Shown in pieces: positions 39,301 to 46,997 of a stretch of DNA of 64,000 nucleotides; position 1 is the first letter of the stretch; each line of letters begins with the position of its first letter. The DNA is taken from assembly GCA_041242255.1 (NCBI GenBank), contig JBESAV010000001.1, positions 224,001 through 288,000 on the forward strand, written 5' to 3'. Made by a program: the position numbers and the translations under genes. The stretch is from Candidatus Altimarinota bacterium (GTDB lineage: Bacteria > Patescibacteriota > Gracilibacteria > UBA1369 > GCA-2718715). The notes under the pieces were generated by a model. It was not told the DNA's origin, made no database searches, and saw only the letters and a program-made list of their open reading frames with translations.

Positions 39301-40394
39301 GTAGTTCTTCTGATGATTCAAACCAAGATCAAGATGATGAAAACGATCAAGAGACACCTGAAGACGACAATGAGTCTGACCAAGATTCAGACCAAGGCGA
39401 CGATGATGACAGTGATGATGAATCAAATCAACAGCAGCAACAACAAAACAATTCATCAGGAGGTGGATCAAGTTCCTCAGGTGGAGGAGGTGGAAGACCA
39501 GCTTACGTTAGGCCTCCAGTTCAAAGGTTCTCATGTGATGACATTGATTCAATCAATTTCGATGAGTTTGACTTTGCTGAGCTAGACTGTGATCCATTAC
39601 TAGCAAATCTTCCTGAGCCAGAATCCGATGAATCTAGAATTTCCCTAAATCTTGCTCAATCAAGCCCTACCAGCTTCCCAGATGAAAACTTCTACATCAC
39701 AGGTAAGGTCTTCAATGTTGAAGATGTTTCAGAGGTAGAGGTGTACGCTGAGGTAAATGAAGGCAATAACATTATCCTCGGTCAGGCAGAAGTAGATGAT
39801 TTCGGTAACTTCTCATTACTAAATAGAACTCCAGTTCCAAAAGATACTGACTTCCAGATTAAGGCTAGAGCAATAGTACAAAACCAACAAGTTGAATCAG
39901 ACGAGTACTCTGTTCGATTATCAGGTGATCAACTCCCTCCAATCCCAACAGAGCTTATAACCTTTACCAATAAATCAGCAGAAAGCTTGATTCAAAACGA
40001 AGACGGTTACTTCACCTTTGTAAATACTGAAGAGTTACTAAATGGCTTAGAGGTTAGAGTCGAGTCAAAATTCAGAACTAAACATAACGTTTACTGGAAT
40101 AGTATACTTATAGGATCAACAGCAATCACTGGTTCCAACTCAAATCAAACCACAATCTACGCTCCAGAGTCAGTTGTAGAAAGCATTGAGCCTTTCAGCA
40201 GGCATAAGGTAACTATCGTAGCAGAAAGCTTAGATAATCCTGATCAAAAAGGTACACCATTAGTTATAAACTATATATACGTACCTACTGGCGCTTACTA
40301 CACAGCTTACATACTTATAGCTCTTGTTCTCTTCATATCATTAGCTAGAAGATTGAAGAAGAAAAAAGACAAACCCGAGTTAGATCAAATCTAA
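30339..40394 (+). CDS. Giant 3351-aa surface adhesin: 2x (GLUG beta-helix, CSLREA, beta-helix), cadherin and putative-Ig repeats, acidic stalk, C-terminal module and TM
   Basis: Many GGLVG/GGIAG GLUG motifs, two CSLRAA motifs, DYETK/DFET and D-x-N-x-P cadherin motifs, LPDWLSFD putative Ig, then VPTG-TM-RRLKKKK. Confidence 0.9.
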   Translation: MFARISKPKNKLQKVQLKALIALIFSFCLLSVIDLQSNNYDDLLIFKSEVAFADVNVTSCEQFQGTAAAGTNLIDNPGETFLLQNDIDCAGASISPIFPSNNKFTGIFEGNGFTLSNFIVPSSSRASLFGYTSSSTIQNLTIRDAGVTCDTGGYCAVLIGDDTESTIDNITLINTTLTQNGGNDRMGSVIGSGLGSQVSNVTVDDFQLTCDQLFSGSCQYLGGALGFISDNATVQAFIQNVSVNNATIYGHDNIGGVIGYISESNADNLTATNITLGGLTNVGGVVGQLLGTNGLEAYLDNSSATNVTHDPQAYLTATGNSSTSVTAVGGLIGTASNYTSVNCGGETTNFYNSSLASTVKVGGLIGDANFLAATASDAVNYTVENCTTSGSIEGRTYLGGVIGEAAEGRYNNLNSTVNIKFTGSSPNIGGGIMGWFDFLNPVEPVGLSNCSYTGQISLGDYTGTTPSYLGGIAGDLDHASIDNCTVDVSILSPESIYIGGAVGAAGGSTTDLNNVISNITANVELQGEQYVGGIVGQATGYLLDNNSASGTIDGNPNDLTRYFGGIVGQLNGTSSGVYARVTNSNSSVLIRKVVLYAGGIVGFGTYSPILQSYNTGDIEVFQGYAGGIAGSLQNGNATFPIEEVYNTGDIYGQLDYIGGLIGNMTAAIPINNSYSRGNVTGGERIGGLIGNGSNALITNSYSAGRVIGADNFGGFVGAGNASTLSTDSYWDIETSKQINSYVGTPKTTEEMYTPATYSTWDSDTIWNICTENYPVLQSVGESCPVLEPVVFEVNTNQDTSDTNLGDNLCEDSNGKCSLRAAMEEFDSLNLAGRENRIIFNLPSDQLTIQLDSSLPTVNNLQMNINATTQSGYLGAPIVEIDASLVTGSDPIFDYSNADSSILQGLSIFGSTHGASAMISVLNSDDIIFKNNYFGLDSLGQDGGTTLPLALEIDNSDRTLVKDNIFAHPVDIIDSNNIEASDNIFELINTISNDFGLQFRDGANAFIFRNDFYDIARAIVIRDDSASLPVIENNIKENEGTNITLMIDLIDDSNADTIGKNTNDLDDADDGPNKLINSPELSQVSYDNATRTLTINGDFNSEDGNYRFDFYTSDGNDESRKYINFFIDSVLNNNVTFTNQTLLIPRRDVVPSYISATAQDTDGNTSEHSQLLAVDSILITSCDQLAGGNPAAVANHIEDDYSAFYRLANDIDCSAYTGGTTFDPIGSNTSAEYFKGVLVGDGYTISNLEISDAGTYIGLFARTETAIIQDVNFENVSINCTTNSSNYCGLITGYADQTSVEDINVTQGIAPGANPVGLTGLGTYTGGLVGYTRASNFLNINSDLDVIGNTASDSYFGGIAGYTSYYKPTNRGYIPNEFQNVHVTGDVTGFSYVGGITGKGEDIDMLDVSYSGTVTGYSSYVGGISGSVNSSSLSTVLAKAKNATVNANIVSGPGGSGNSYGGAFGIVNNGIFENIMVTGTVDVEAQTRVGGAFGSLNGNSAYAVNDTMSASHPFYAKNITANVDISNSNGDVGGIAGYTGYMNLSNINYSGTISHDSPGANHSNIAGLIGNGTYVVVDGGSATSPNPISYATNNSGGAFGNIPRLDIDGISSDISLPNIKSNGGGLVGLATYLNISNSYATGDIGDSALQSSTTRLGGLVGGCTSAFCYITDSYSTGTVDADGSRNGGIAGDLSAPDIVMTNVYSTSDITATGLSVGGLVGYLSSSGGTATLTDTYATGTVVSTIQNNIGALIGQHAAGQLDITESYTSGNISTGDSNGVSHCGGLVGLSAGTLNVTRSYSYGSYSCQSLGSTGSPHGFGGLVGEMATGSILDSYSHANITANYDSGFTSDDSYLGGLVGNITGATTVTDSYSTGSITSLYSPPDPADDPVIGGLVGNAPSTTFTDSFWDTQTSGILTSAGGTGKLTSEMQDQDTFTTGGPDWDFTTTWEMCAGGGYPTHQWMNYCPLDNPYTFEVNTTNDTEDSELGDRTCLDIAGNCSLRAALQEMAFMQANEQESVSYEINFNIPGVGPHNIQLDSTLGYLDTLSGLTNLTINGESEPDFTSSPVVYIDSTEVNSPGSSILSLDETTNTVIQGLGFINFNESSDSILNIANSNNITLDNLRLGINSSGQDDGVTSGSARSILFSNTSGSTLQDSSLSRSISIESASANNTIQNNSLNLTNSTQPEGVYVLNSSNNTVFSNTFSSVSKAMVVNEETGQSAINNTLSQNTAQGVTTRVIELQVDGSPAANTNDIAQDLDNGANTLLNFPVISDSTYNGVADTLNIQGTVETANAADYYIEFYESDGDTDEALSYLGASAPFTVSGNLYNFDVTLNGITSIPLNVTSILIDSSGNTSQHSADISLNEPPTDIQISNDTVDETPEGGPFDTATVGVLTTTDADVDATHTYEVISVDGDTESTIFSIGGLGDSLIQNVPFDYETKTSYSVLIRTTDNNGVSYQESLTIQVNDLNDVSPDLTPENFSVNEDNADPQATLTVTDPDTVGTVSLTITGGADQDDFELTDNTLSFKAASLPLDFETKSSYTVQVTASDGVNTDDTESFTFNIQDVNEAPTVVSPVGDFAVDQGSPIAAVDASSIFDDQDAGANGTLTYTATLADTNPLPDWLSFDGTTLTGAPANQDVGITSIRITAQDTGGLSISDTFDITVNNINDAPVVEDQNLGSIPENTAVSTVVGTVTALDPDTPYGDTISFSITGGNTDLNANETFPFSIDSSSGVITVADPDDLDFETQATFLLTVTVTDDGAGNLSDSATITITITDADDEAPVFTTPATLSIQENETSIATIESTDVDTIGTVPTYSITGGPDQDLFTLNEATNELSFITAPDFEIPTDANSDSIYQVEITAEDISENQSTQLFSIQVSDLEETTPSSSGSAGGTGSTSSPFGGSDSGDGSDSGVDQSDDSQEESTEDATDEQTPEEIDEDTPEDETVEGDQEESEDSSPDNVQEAVDEGQDESADDSSSQTSDSSSSDDSNQDQDDENDQETPEDDNESDQDSDQGDDDDSDDESNQQQQQQNNSSGGGSSSSGGGGGRPAYVRPPVQRFSCDDIDSINFDEFDFAELDCDPLLANLPEPESDESRISLNLAQSSPTSFPDENFYITGKVFNVEDVSEVEVYAEVNEGNNIILGQAEVDDFGNFSLLNRTPVPKDTDFQIKARAIVQNQQVESDEYSVRLSGDQLPPIPTELITFTNKSAESLIQNEDGYFTFVNTEELLNGLEVRVESKFRTKHNVYWNSILIGSTAITGSNSNQTTIYAPESVVESIEPFSRHKVTIVAESLDNPDQKGTPLVINYIYVPTGAYYTAYILIALVLFISLARRLKKKKDKPELDQI

Positions 40395-40398
40395 TCAC

Positions 40399-40423
40399 AA
40401 GGACCTCTCCGGAGGTCCTTTTT
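40399..40423 (+). terminator. Intrinsic terminator after the giant adhesin gene
   Basis: AAGGACCTC-TCCG-GAGGTCCTT followed by TTT. Confidence 0.8.
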
Positions 40424-40450
40424 CTTGATATTTACAGTCATATACATACA

Positions 40451-40477
40451 ATAGCACTCAGTAAATATAAGTGCCAA
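40451..40477 (+). promoter_or_regulatory. CIRCE element (HrcA operator) upstream of dnaJ
   Basis: ATAGCACTC-N9-AAGTGCCAA versus consensus TTAGCACTC-N9-GAGTGCTAA, directly after a TTGATA-16-TACAAT promoter. Confidence 0.8.
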
Positions 40478-40479
40478 AA

Positions 40480-41598
40480 ATGTCACAAGACTTTTATAAA
40501 CAACTCGGTGTAGAAAAAGGCGCCTCTCAAGACCAGATCAAAAAAGCCTATCGAAGAATGGCCAACAAATACCATCCCGATAAAAATAAAGGTGACAAGT
40601 CAGCCGAAGAAAAATTCAAAAAGGTATCAGAAGCCTACGAAACTCTTTCAGATCCTCAAAAAAGAAAGATGTATGATCAGTTCGGTTCAGCTGGAGCCCA
40701 AGGTCAAAGAGGTGGTTTTGGAGGTTTTAATGCCCAAGACTTTGCCAGTCAGTTTAATGGCGCGGAGAACTTCGCCGATATATTTGAAAGTTTTTTTGGA
40801 GGTGGTTTTTCTGGGTCAAGAAGAGCTGGTAAAAAGAAAGACCCACGCATACCCGGTGAAGATATAGAGAAGGTTATTCAGGTTGATTTTAAAGACTCTA
40901 TTTTCGGAATTGAAAAAGAGATCAAATATCGCAAGATCATTAAGTGCGAACTTTGCCATGGTAGTGGTGTAGAGCCAGGTCACAAGTTAAACACTTGTGA
41001 GACCTGCTCAGGACAAGGGGTTATTCAAGAAGTTAAAAGGAGCCTACTCGGTCAGGTTATGTCTACTAGAACCTGCCCGACTTGTAATGGGTCCGGACAA
41101 GTCCCAGAGAAAAAATGCACCAAGTGTAATGGGCATAAGAGACATGCTATCGATAAAAAGATGAAAGTGAAAATCCCTAAGGGAATATACGATGGAGCAG
41201 TTATGAGAATAGCCTCAGCCGGAAACGAAGGGGTTGATGCTCCTAATGGAGATTTGTTTATTAAAGTACAGGTTAAACCCCACAAAGTGTTTACTCGCCA
41301 AGGTAATGACATACATTCTGAGTTGGCAGTTCCATATTGGCTGGCAGTGCTCGGTGGTGAGATAGAATCAGAGTCCGTTTATGGTAAAGAGTCTGTTAAA
41401 ATTCCGTCAGGTACACAAGATGGTTTTCAGATTAATCTTAAAGATAAAGGAGCTCCAAGTTTAAACAACGACTCAAAGGGCAGCCATGTTTTTAATGTAA
41501 AAATCGAAATCCCCAAAAAAGTATCTTCCAAAGAGAAAAAGTTACTCAAAGAAATACAGGAACTCAATGGAGGAAAGGCTAAAGGTCTCTGGGGGTAG
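40480..41598 (+). CDS. dnaJ: Chaperone DnaJ
   Basis: HPD J-domain, G/F region and four CxxCxGxG-type repeats. ATG at 40480 is preferred over GTG at 40471. Confidence 0.97.
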   Translation: MSQDFYKQLGVEKGASQDQIKKAYRRMANKYHPDKNKGDKSAEEKFKKVSEAYETLSDPQKRKMYDQFGSAGAQGQRGGFGGFNAQDFASQFNGAENFADIFESFFGGGFSGSRRAGKKKDPRIPGEDIEKVIQVDFKDSIFGIEKEIKYRKIIKCELCHGSGVEPGHKLNTCETCSGQGVIQEVKRSLLGQVMSTRTCPTCNGSGQVPEKKCTKCNGHKRHAIDKKMKVKIPKGIYDGAVMRIASAGNEGVDAPNGDLFIKVQVKPHKVFTRQGNDIHSELAVPYWLAVLGGEIESESVYGKESVKIPSGTQDGFQINLKDKGAPSLNNDSKGSHVFNVKIEIPKKVSSKEKKLLKEIQELNGGKAKGLWG

Positions 41599-41733
41599 TT
41601 TGGTTAGTCAGTTTAAAAGTTTTTTTGTAACAAATTATCAAAAAACTCGTATAACATGGTGACAAGCCAAAAAAGCTTTGCTAAGATTGACTAGTCAGTT
41701 TCCGGTAATTGTTGTGGAGTAAGATCCATTGCT

Positions 41734-41762
41734 TTGACACTCTCTGATCGCATTGATAGATT
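41734..41762 (+). promoter_or_regulatory. Sigma70 promoter of the S-layer gene
   Basis: TTGACA-17bp-TAGATT, implying a leader of about 210 nt. Confidence 0.6.
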
Positions 41763-41981
41763 CGAATCACTTAAAAATCAGCAGAGATACAAAAACGCAT
41801 TAAGACTTGATACTTCCGTTCATTGAAATATAGATAAAAAGAGAGAATCAAACTCTCCCAAAAATAAACTATTTCAAAAAAGTTTTGTCATGGTTGGGCA
41901 ATTGCCCAAGTCTAGTTACCAAGACAAAATTCTGATTATACAAAACTAAGACAAATATAATTTAATATATAAGAGTCAATT

Positions 41982-44900
41982 ATGAGTACTCTAAAACTAC
42001 GCAAAATGTTTGCGGCGTTTACTCTTACTACTCTTGTAGCTTCTCTTTTCGTAGTAGCACCTGCTACTCAAGCTGCTCCTCCATCTTGGTGGACAGAAGG
42101 GACTGAACTATTAGATCAAGTTGATCCAATGTTCGGTGACGAGAATCAAGTAGAAGCTGACAAATGTAGAGTATCTGCTGTTCTTACAGTTGCACTTGGG
42201 CTTGAAGAAAACCCAGCTGCAGCAGCTAGCTTCACTGACATCCCTGCTGGGTGTGAAGGTGTAGCTGGAGCAATGGTTTCTGCGGGAATCATTATGGGTG
42301 AAGGAAACGATGGTGTAACCTTCGGTTCTGACGTTCAAATTAATCGTGCTGTATTCGCGACTATGCTATCAAGAGCTTTCAATCTTGATGAAGCTTACCC
42401 AGACGCAACTTTAACTAGTGCTGCTGAAGCTGCATTAGCTGATGCTGACTGGGCTAAACCTGCATTCGCACAAGTACAAGCTGCTGGAATTTACAAACAG
42501 TTGAGACCAGCTGACACGATCAACATCTACGAAATCACTACAGCGGTTTCTAGAGCTATGAATCCAGGTGAACCTACGGATCCTACTGATCCTACAAACC
42601 CTACTCCAGGAAACGGTGGAGATCTAGAGATTACTATCTCTGATAACACTCCTGAAAGTAGAACTGTACCAGGTGGAGTTCAAAATGCACACATTGCAAC
42701 TTTTGAACTAGAAGCTGGATCTGATGACGTTCTTCTAAGCTCTATTAGATTCGTTAAAGGTGGTATTGCTGATGACGACGCATTAGATAATATCGCTCTA
42801 TTCACAGAAGCTGGACAAAGAGTTTCTAAGGCAAAAGCTTTCAGAACTTCTGACGATTCTGCTAACGTAAACTTCCTAAGCGGAGGATTTACTGTTGAAG
42901 CTGGTGAGTCTGTTGACCTACTAGTATTCGGTGAAGTTGGATCTGTTGTTGCCAACTCTGCCTTGATTTCTGATGAATTCTTCATTCAGATTCCTTCAAG
43001 TGCTGACGTTGCTTCAAACGCTAGCTCAACTACAGTTACTAACGCTAGAAGTAACACTATGAGAATTGGTTCTGCTGACGCTGCTGAACTAGCACTAAGT
43101 GATGGTTCAACTTCTCCAAACGTTAATGTCGGAGAAAGAGCTGTTGAAGTTTACGAATTCGAAATGGAAAACAACGCTACTGATGAAACAGATATCATTT
43201 TCTATGGTATTACATTAGAAGCTGAAGGATCTTTCGACGAGGAAGACGACCTTATGAACTACGAACTTCATATTGACGGTGAACTAGTAGCTTCAACTGA
43301 AATGGGGAATGACGGTTTCGTTTCTTTCCTACTTGATGATGAAGACGGTTACGTAATTGAAGACGGAAAAACTGTTGATGCAGTTGTAAAAGCTGACATC
43401 ATGAGTGGTGCAAGTGAAACAATTGCATTCGGAATTGATTCTGAACTAGATGTTCTTGCAGCTGATGCAAGTTTCGGAACTGGTGCTAAAATCACTGGGA
43501 ACATCAACTTAACTGGAAACCTTACAAACATCGAAGCTGGAGAAATTACTCTAGTTGCTATCGATGCTGAACAAGATGAATTCACTGAAGATACAGAAGA
43601 ATTCGTACTTGGTACTGTTAGAGTAACTTCTAACGCTGGTAGAAACCTTGAACTACAAGAGTTCAGAGTTGACATCACTGAAACTGGATCATTCGCAAAT
43701 GTTTCTGCAATGATCGATCAAGTTGAAGTTGTAACTCCATTCGGAACTTACGACCTAGACCTTGATGCAAGTGGAGTTGGATCTACTGAAACTTACGAAG
43801 ACGATGCAATTGATATCCTTCTTCCAGAAGGTGAAACTTTTGACATGGTTGTAACTGTAGACATTAAATCTACTATCGCTCTAGATGGAGAAACTCTTGA
43901 AATGAGTATGCCAACTATTGATGGTACTACTGGTTCAAACTTCTACGTTGAAGAACTAGATGATGATGAAGCTGTAACTGATATTACTCCTTCTTCTCTA
44001 AGCTTCAATTCTGTAACAGGAATCGACGCTGCTCTAGACATCAGAGCTCTTACTCAATCTGACAAAACAGTTGTAGTAGGTTCTGACAACGTAATCGCTA
44101 TGAACTTCGAACTAGAAGCTAGTGATACTGAAGACATTACTGTAAATGACATTGAAGTAGAAATCGCTTCTGTTGTTGGTCCTGCGACTAATGATAATGG
44201 TACTGTTTCAAGCCTATCTCTGTACATGGGTGATACTGACGCTGCTAACCTACTAGATTCACAATCTGGATCTCAGTTAAATGGTGGTAAAGTAGAATTC
44301 GATAGCCTTGACGCTATTATCCCTGCTGGAGACACTGTTGAATTCTTCGTTCTAGTAAACGTTGTAAATGACGATACTCTAGACGGTGGACAATTCGCGA
44401 TTCAAATCGAAGATATTGACGCTGAAGACGAAGGTAACGACGACGTAACTACTACTAACTCTTCAGGAGCTGATTTAGCTGATGGAGATGAAGAAGTATC
44501 TACAAGAACTATCACTCTTGCTGGAACTGGAACATTAGAAATTACTAATGACCCAAGTGACGAAAGAGCTGACAGAAATAAACACGTACTAGGTGGTACA
44601 ACATCTGATCTAGTTGCTTCTTACGAACTAACTGCTGATAACGAAAGCATTCTTATCGAAGATCTTAACGTTGTAGTTTACTCTGCTGATGGTACATCTG
44701 CAGGTAACGCTGTTGACTACATTTCTACAGTTGAACTTATCGGAGACGATGGTGTAACTGTACTTGCTACTGAAAACGTAACAAGCGATACTGTAGTATT
44801 TGAAGACCTAGACCATGTTGTATCAGAAACTCAATCTGAAAACATGTACGTAAGAGTTAAAGCTCACGCTATCGGTGATGAGAAAGAAGGGACTCAATCT

Positions 44901-45632
44901 CTTGACTTCGGTGCTACCGGAGACAACCTAAGATTCGGTCTACAAGTTACTCAAGCTGAAGGTGTAAGCTCAGGTGATAACCTAACAGTAGGTGTTGATG
45001 GATCTGGATCTGATGTTGAATACCCAACTTCTCCAAATTCAAGACTACTAGGAGTATTGGCAGTAAGAATTACTGACATCTCTCTAGACCTTGCTGAATA
45101 CGATGGTTACACTGTAGAAGACCCTCTACAAAACGGTAGAAGAACACTTGCTATCTTGAAAATAGATACTCAAGCGTTTGGAGCTGTTCCAAATACATTC
45201 GCAGCTTCTTCAACTCAACTACAAGTTCTTGTTGAAAACCTAGCTGTAACTATTGATGGTGATTCTGACGGTATGACTGGTACAACTTTTGATACTCTTG
45301 TTCTTACAAGACTAGATAAAGGTGATGAGACTGAATATACTGTAGTCCCTTCAGCTACTAATTACGCTGATGGTACAGTTTACGCTCTTGATTTATCAGG
45401 AGTAGACCAAGGTGACCTAGAGATAACTGCAGGATCTTCTGCTTACTTCGCAATCGAAGCTACAGGAGTTTCAGCTGTTGACGGTGGATACATTCAATTA
45501 TCAATTGAAGATCTAAACACTGGTGGTGCTGGTCTTGTTTACAACACTGATGATTCAACAGGAAGCGTAGGCGTTCTAAGAATCGGAAGAAACGTAGAAA
45601 GAGGTATCGAACTTAACGAACCACAAAACTAA
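41982..45632 (+). CDS. Probable S-layer protein (SLH-like N-terminus, repeated acidic beta-sandwich modules)
   Basis: Signal peptide; FTDIP..GII.G...F....INRA.FA and WAK..AGI SLH-like motifs; PTDPT linker; strongly biased codon use; own promoter and terminator. Confidence 0.75.
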   Translation: MSTLKLRKMFAAFTLTTLVASLFVVAPATQAAPPSWWTEGTELLDQVDPMFGDENQVEADKCRVSAVLTVALGLEENPAAAASFTDIPAGCEGVAGAMVSAGIIMGEGNDGVTFGSDVQINRAVFATMLSRAFNLDEAYPDATLTSAAEAALADADWAKPAFAQVQAAGIYKQLRPADTINIYEITTAVSRAMNPGEPTDPTDPTNPTPGNGGDLEITISDNTPESRTVPGGVQNAHIATFELEAGSDDVLLSSIRFVKGGIADDDALDNIALFTEAGQRVSKAKAFRTSDDSANVNFLSGGFTVEAGESVDLLVFGEVGSVVANSALISDEFFIQIPSSADVASNASSTTVTNARSNTMRIGSADAAELALSDGSTSPNVNVGERAVEVYEFEMENNATDETDIIFYGITLEAEGSFDEEDDLMNYELHIDGELVASTEMGNDGFVSFLLDDEDGYVIEDGKTVDAVVKADIMSGASETIAFGIDSELDVLAADASFGTGAKITGNINLTGNLTNIEAGEITLVAIDAEQDEFTEDTEEFVLGTVRVTSNAGRNLELQEFRVDITETGSFANVSAMIDQVEVVTPFGTYDLDLDASGVGSTETYEDDAIDILLPEGETFDMVVTVDIKSTIALDGETLEMSMPTIDGTTGSNFYVEELDDDEAVTDITPSSLSFNSVTGIDAALDIRALTQSDKTVVVGSDNVIAMNFELEASDTEDITVNDIEVEIASVVGPATNDNGTVSSLSLYMGDTDAANLLDSQSGSQLNGGKVEFDSLDAIIPAGDTVEFFVLVNVVNDDTLDGGQFAIQIEDIDAEDEGNDDVTTTNSSGADLADGDEEVSTRTITLAGTGTLEITNDPSDERADRNKHVLGGTTSDLVASYELTADNESILIEDLNVVVYSADGTSAGNAVDYISTVELIGDDGVTVLATENVTSDTVVFEDLDHVVSETQSENMYVRVKAHAIGDEKEGTQSLDFGATGDNLRFGLQVTQAEGVSSGDNLTVGVDGSGSDVEYPTSPNSRLLGVLAVRITDISLDLAEYDGYTVEDPLQNGRRTLAILKIDTQAFGAVPNTFAASSTQLQVLVENLAVTIDGDSDGMTGTTFDTLVLTRLDKGDETEYTVVPSATNYADGTVYALDLSGVDQGDLEITAGSSAYFAIEATGVSAVDGGYIQLSIEDLNTGGAGLVYNTDDSTGSVGVLRIGRNVERGIELNEPQN

Positions 45633-45653
45633 TAATTAGTTTTCTTTCTATGG

Positions 45654-45681
45654 AAACCCCTCCTCGTGAGGGGTTTTTTTT
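45654..45681 (+). terminator. Intrinsic terminator after the S-layer gene
   Basis: AAACCCCTC-CTCGT-GAGGGGTTT followed by a T-run. Confidence 0.85.
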
Positions 45682-45691
45682 ATACTTAAAT

Positions 45692-45879
45692 TTATAAACA
45701 TATACACAAGTTATACACAAATCTTTACCATTAGAGATTTCTAATGCCTCATGACGGCTTCACATAATAGCTATACATTTTGTCGAGCCAGCTCCAAGAA
45801 CCTCTCCAAATAAAGCAAATCTAAAGCCTATACACTTCTAATAGCCAAATTAATCAAAAACTTTTACACTATTTGCACA
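45692..45879 (+). promoter_or_regulatory. Cluster of DnaA-box-like 9-mers
   Basis: TTATACACA (45711, matches TTATNCACA), TTATAAACA (45692), ATATACACA (45700), and weaker CTATACACT (45828), TTTTACACT (45862) and ATTTGCACA (45871), all in the same orientation. Confidence 0.45.
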
Positions 45880-45906
45880 ATTAATTGTTCAAAACTTATT
45901 TAAAAC

Positions 45907-46926
45907 ATGCCAACTACTCATAATAGTTTAGTCCAAAAGCTAAAAATCAACACCGATCAAAAGAACATACTTTTTATAGGTGGACCAACTGCAAGCGGTA
46001 AAACCTCACTTGCAGTCCAAATTGCACAGGAATTTAAATCATCACTAAAAACAGACTGTTCAATTATATCTGCCGATTCAAGACAGATTTATATTGGTAT
46101 GACTATATGTACTGCCAAGCCACTTGAAAGACAAACTCTTAATACAGATTTCTTAAAACCTTTAAGTTACCAAGGTGTAGATCATTACCTTTTAGACTTC
46201 GTTGAGCCAGACCAAAGATACACCTTATTTGACTTCAAAGAGCAAGCTGAACAACTCATAAAAAAACTTCACACTAAAAACCACAAAGTAATCATCGCAG
46301 GAGGAACAGGACTTTACATTGATGCTTTGATTAACAACTATCAACACCAAGCAGAGTCCACAGAAGATCCAATCTTTAGAAAGCAAATAGAAGCTGAGTA
46401 TCAACAAATAAGACATAATTTTTCTCAAGAAAAAGCAAATAAGTTTTTTTGGGAAAGATTAAAGTCCATTTCAGCTAAAGAAGCTCAAAATACGCCTGAG
46501 AATAACTGGCAAGGAGTCTTAAGGGCTATTGAGGTTATTCATACTACCGGAGAAGCAAAATCTTCTCTAAGCTCAAAATCAGAGCCAAACTTTAACTACC
46601 AGCTACTTGTTCTAAATCCACCTCGCCAAAAACTATATGACCACATAAACAAAAGATGTTTAGAGATGTTCCAGAGCGGATTGATCCAAGAAACGAAAAC
46701 TCTCCTACAAAAATTCCCTACTGATCACCCATCTATGACTAGTATCGGTTACAGAGAAGTTAACGCATATTTAGAAGGAGAAATAACAAGGGAAGAGGCT
46801 ATTCAAAAGTTTCAAAAATCCACCAGAAACTACGCCAAAAGACAACTAACATGGTTCAGAAGATACAAAGACCATCCTCATACCCAGTTCATAGATTCTT
46901 ATAAAATCCTCACTAGCAAAGCTTAA
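45907..46926 (+). CDS. miaA: tRNA dimethylallyltransferase
   Basis: GPTASGKT, ISADSRQIY, GGTGLY, IGYRE and TRNYAKRQLTWF motifs. Confidence 0.97.
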   Translation: MPTTHNSLVQKLKINTDQKNILFIGGPTASGKTSLAVQIAQEFKSSLKTDCSIISADSRQIYIGMTICTAKPLERQTLNTDFLKPLSYQGVDHYLLDFVEPDQRYTLFDFKEQAEQLIKKLHTKNHKVIIAGGTGLYIDALINNYQHQAESTEDPIFRKQIEAEYQQIRHNFSQEKANKFFWERLKSISAKEAQNTPENNWQGVLRAIEVIHTTGEAKSSLSSKSEPNFNYQLLVLNPPRQKLYDHINKRCLEMFQSGLIQETKTLLQKFPTDHPSMTSIGYREVNAYLEGEITREEAIQKFQKSTRNYAKRQLTWFRRYKDHPHTQFIDSYKILTSKA

Positions 46927-46997
46927 ATTTCCCATATCCAATTTTGCTTGCCTATTCACCAACCCTACCTATAATGAATTCATAATAAAATAAATGA

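Noticed and set aside
30339-40394. Genetic code 25 (UGA=Gly)
   Set aside because: Thousands of codons with abundant Gly contain no in-frame TGA, and conserved genes are full length under code 11.
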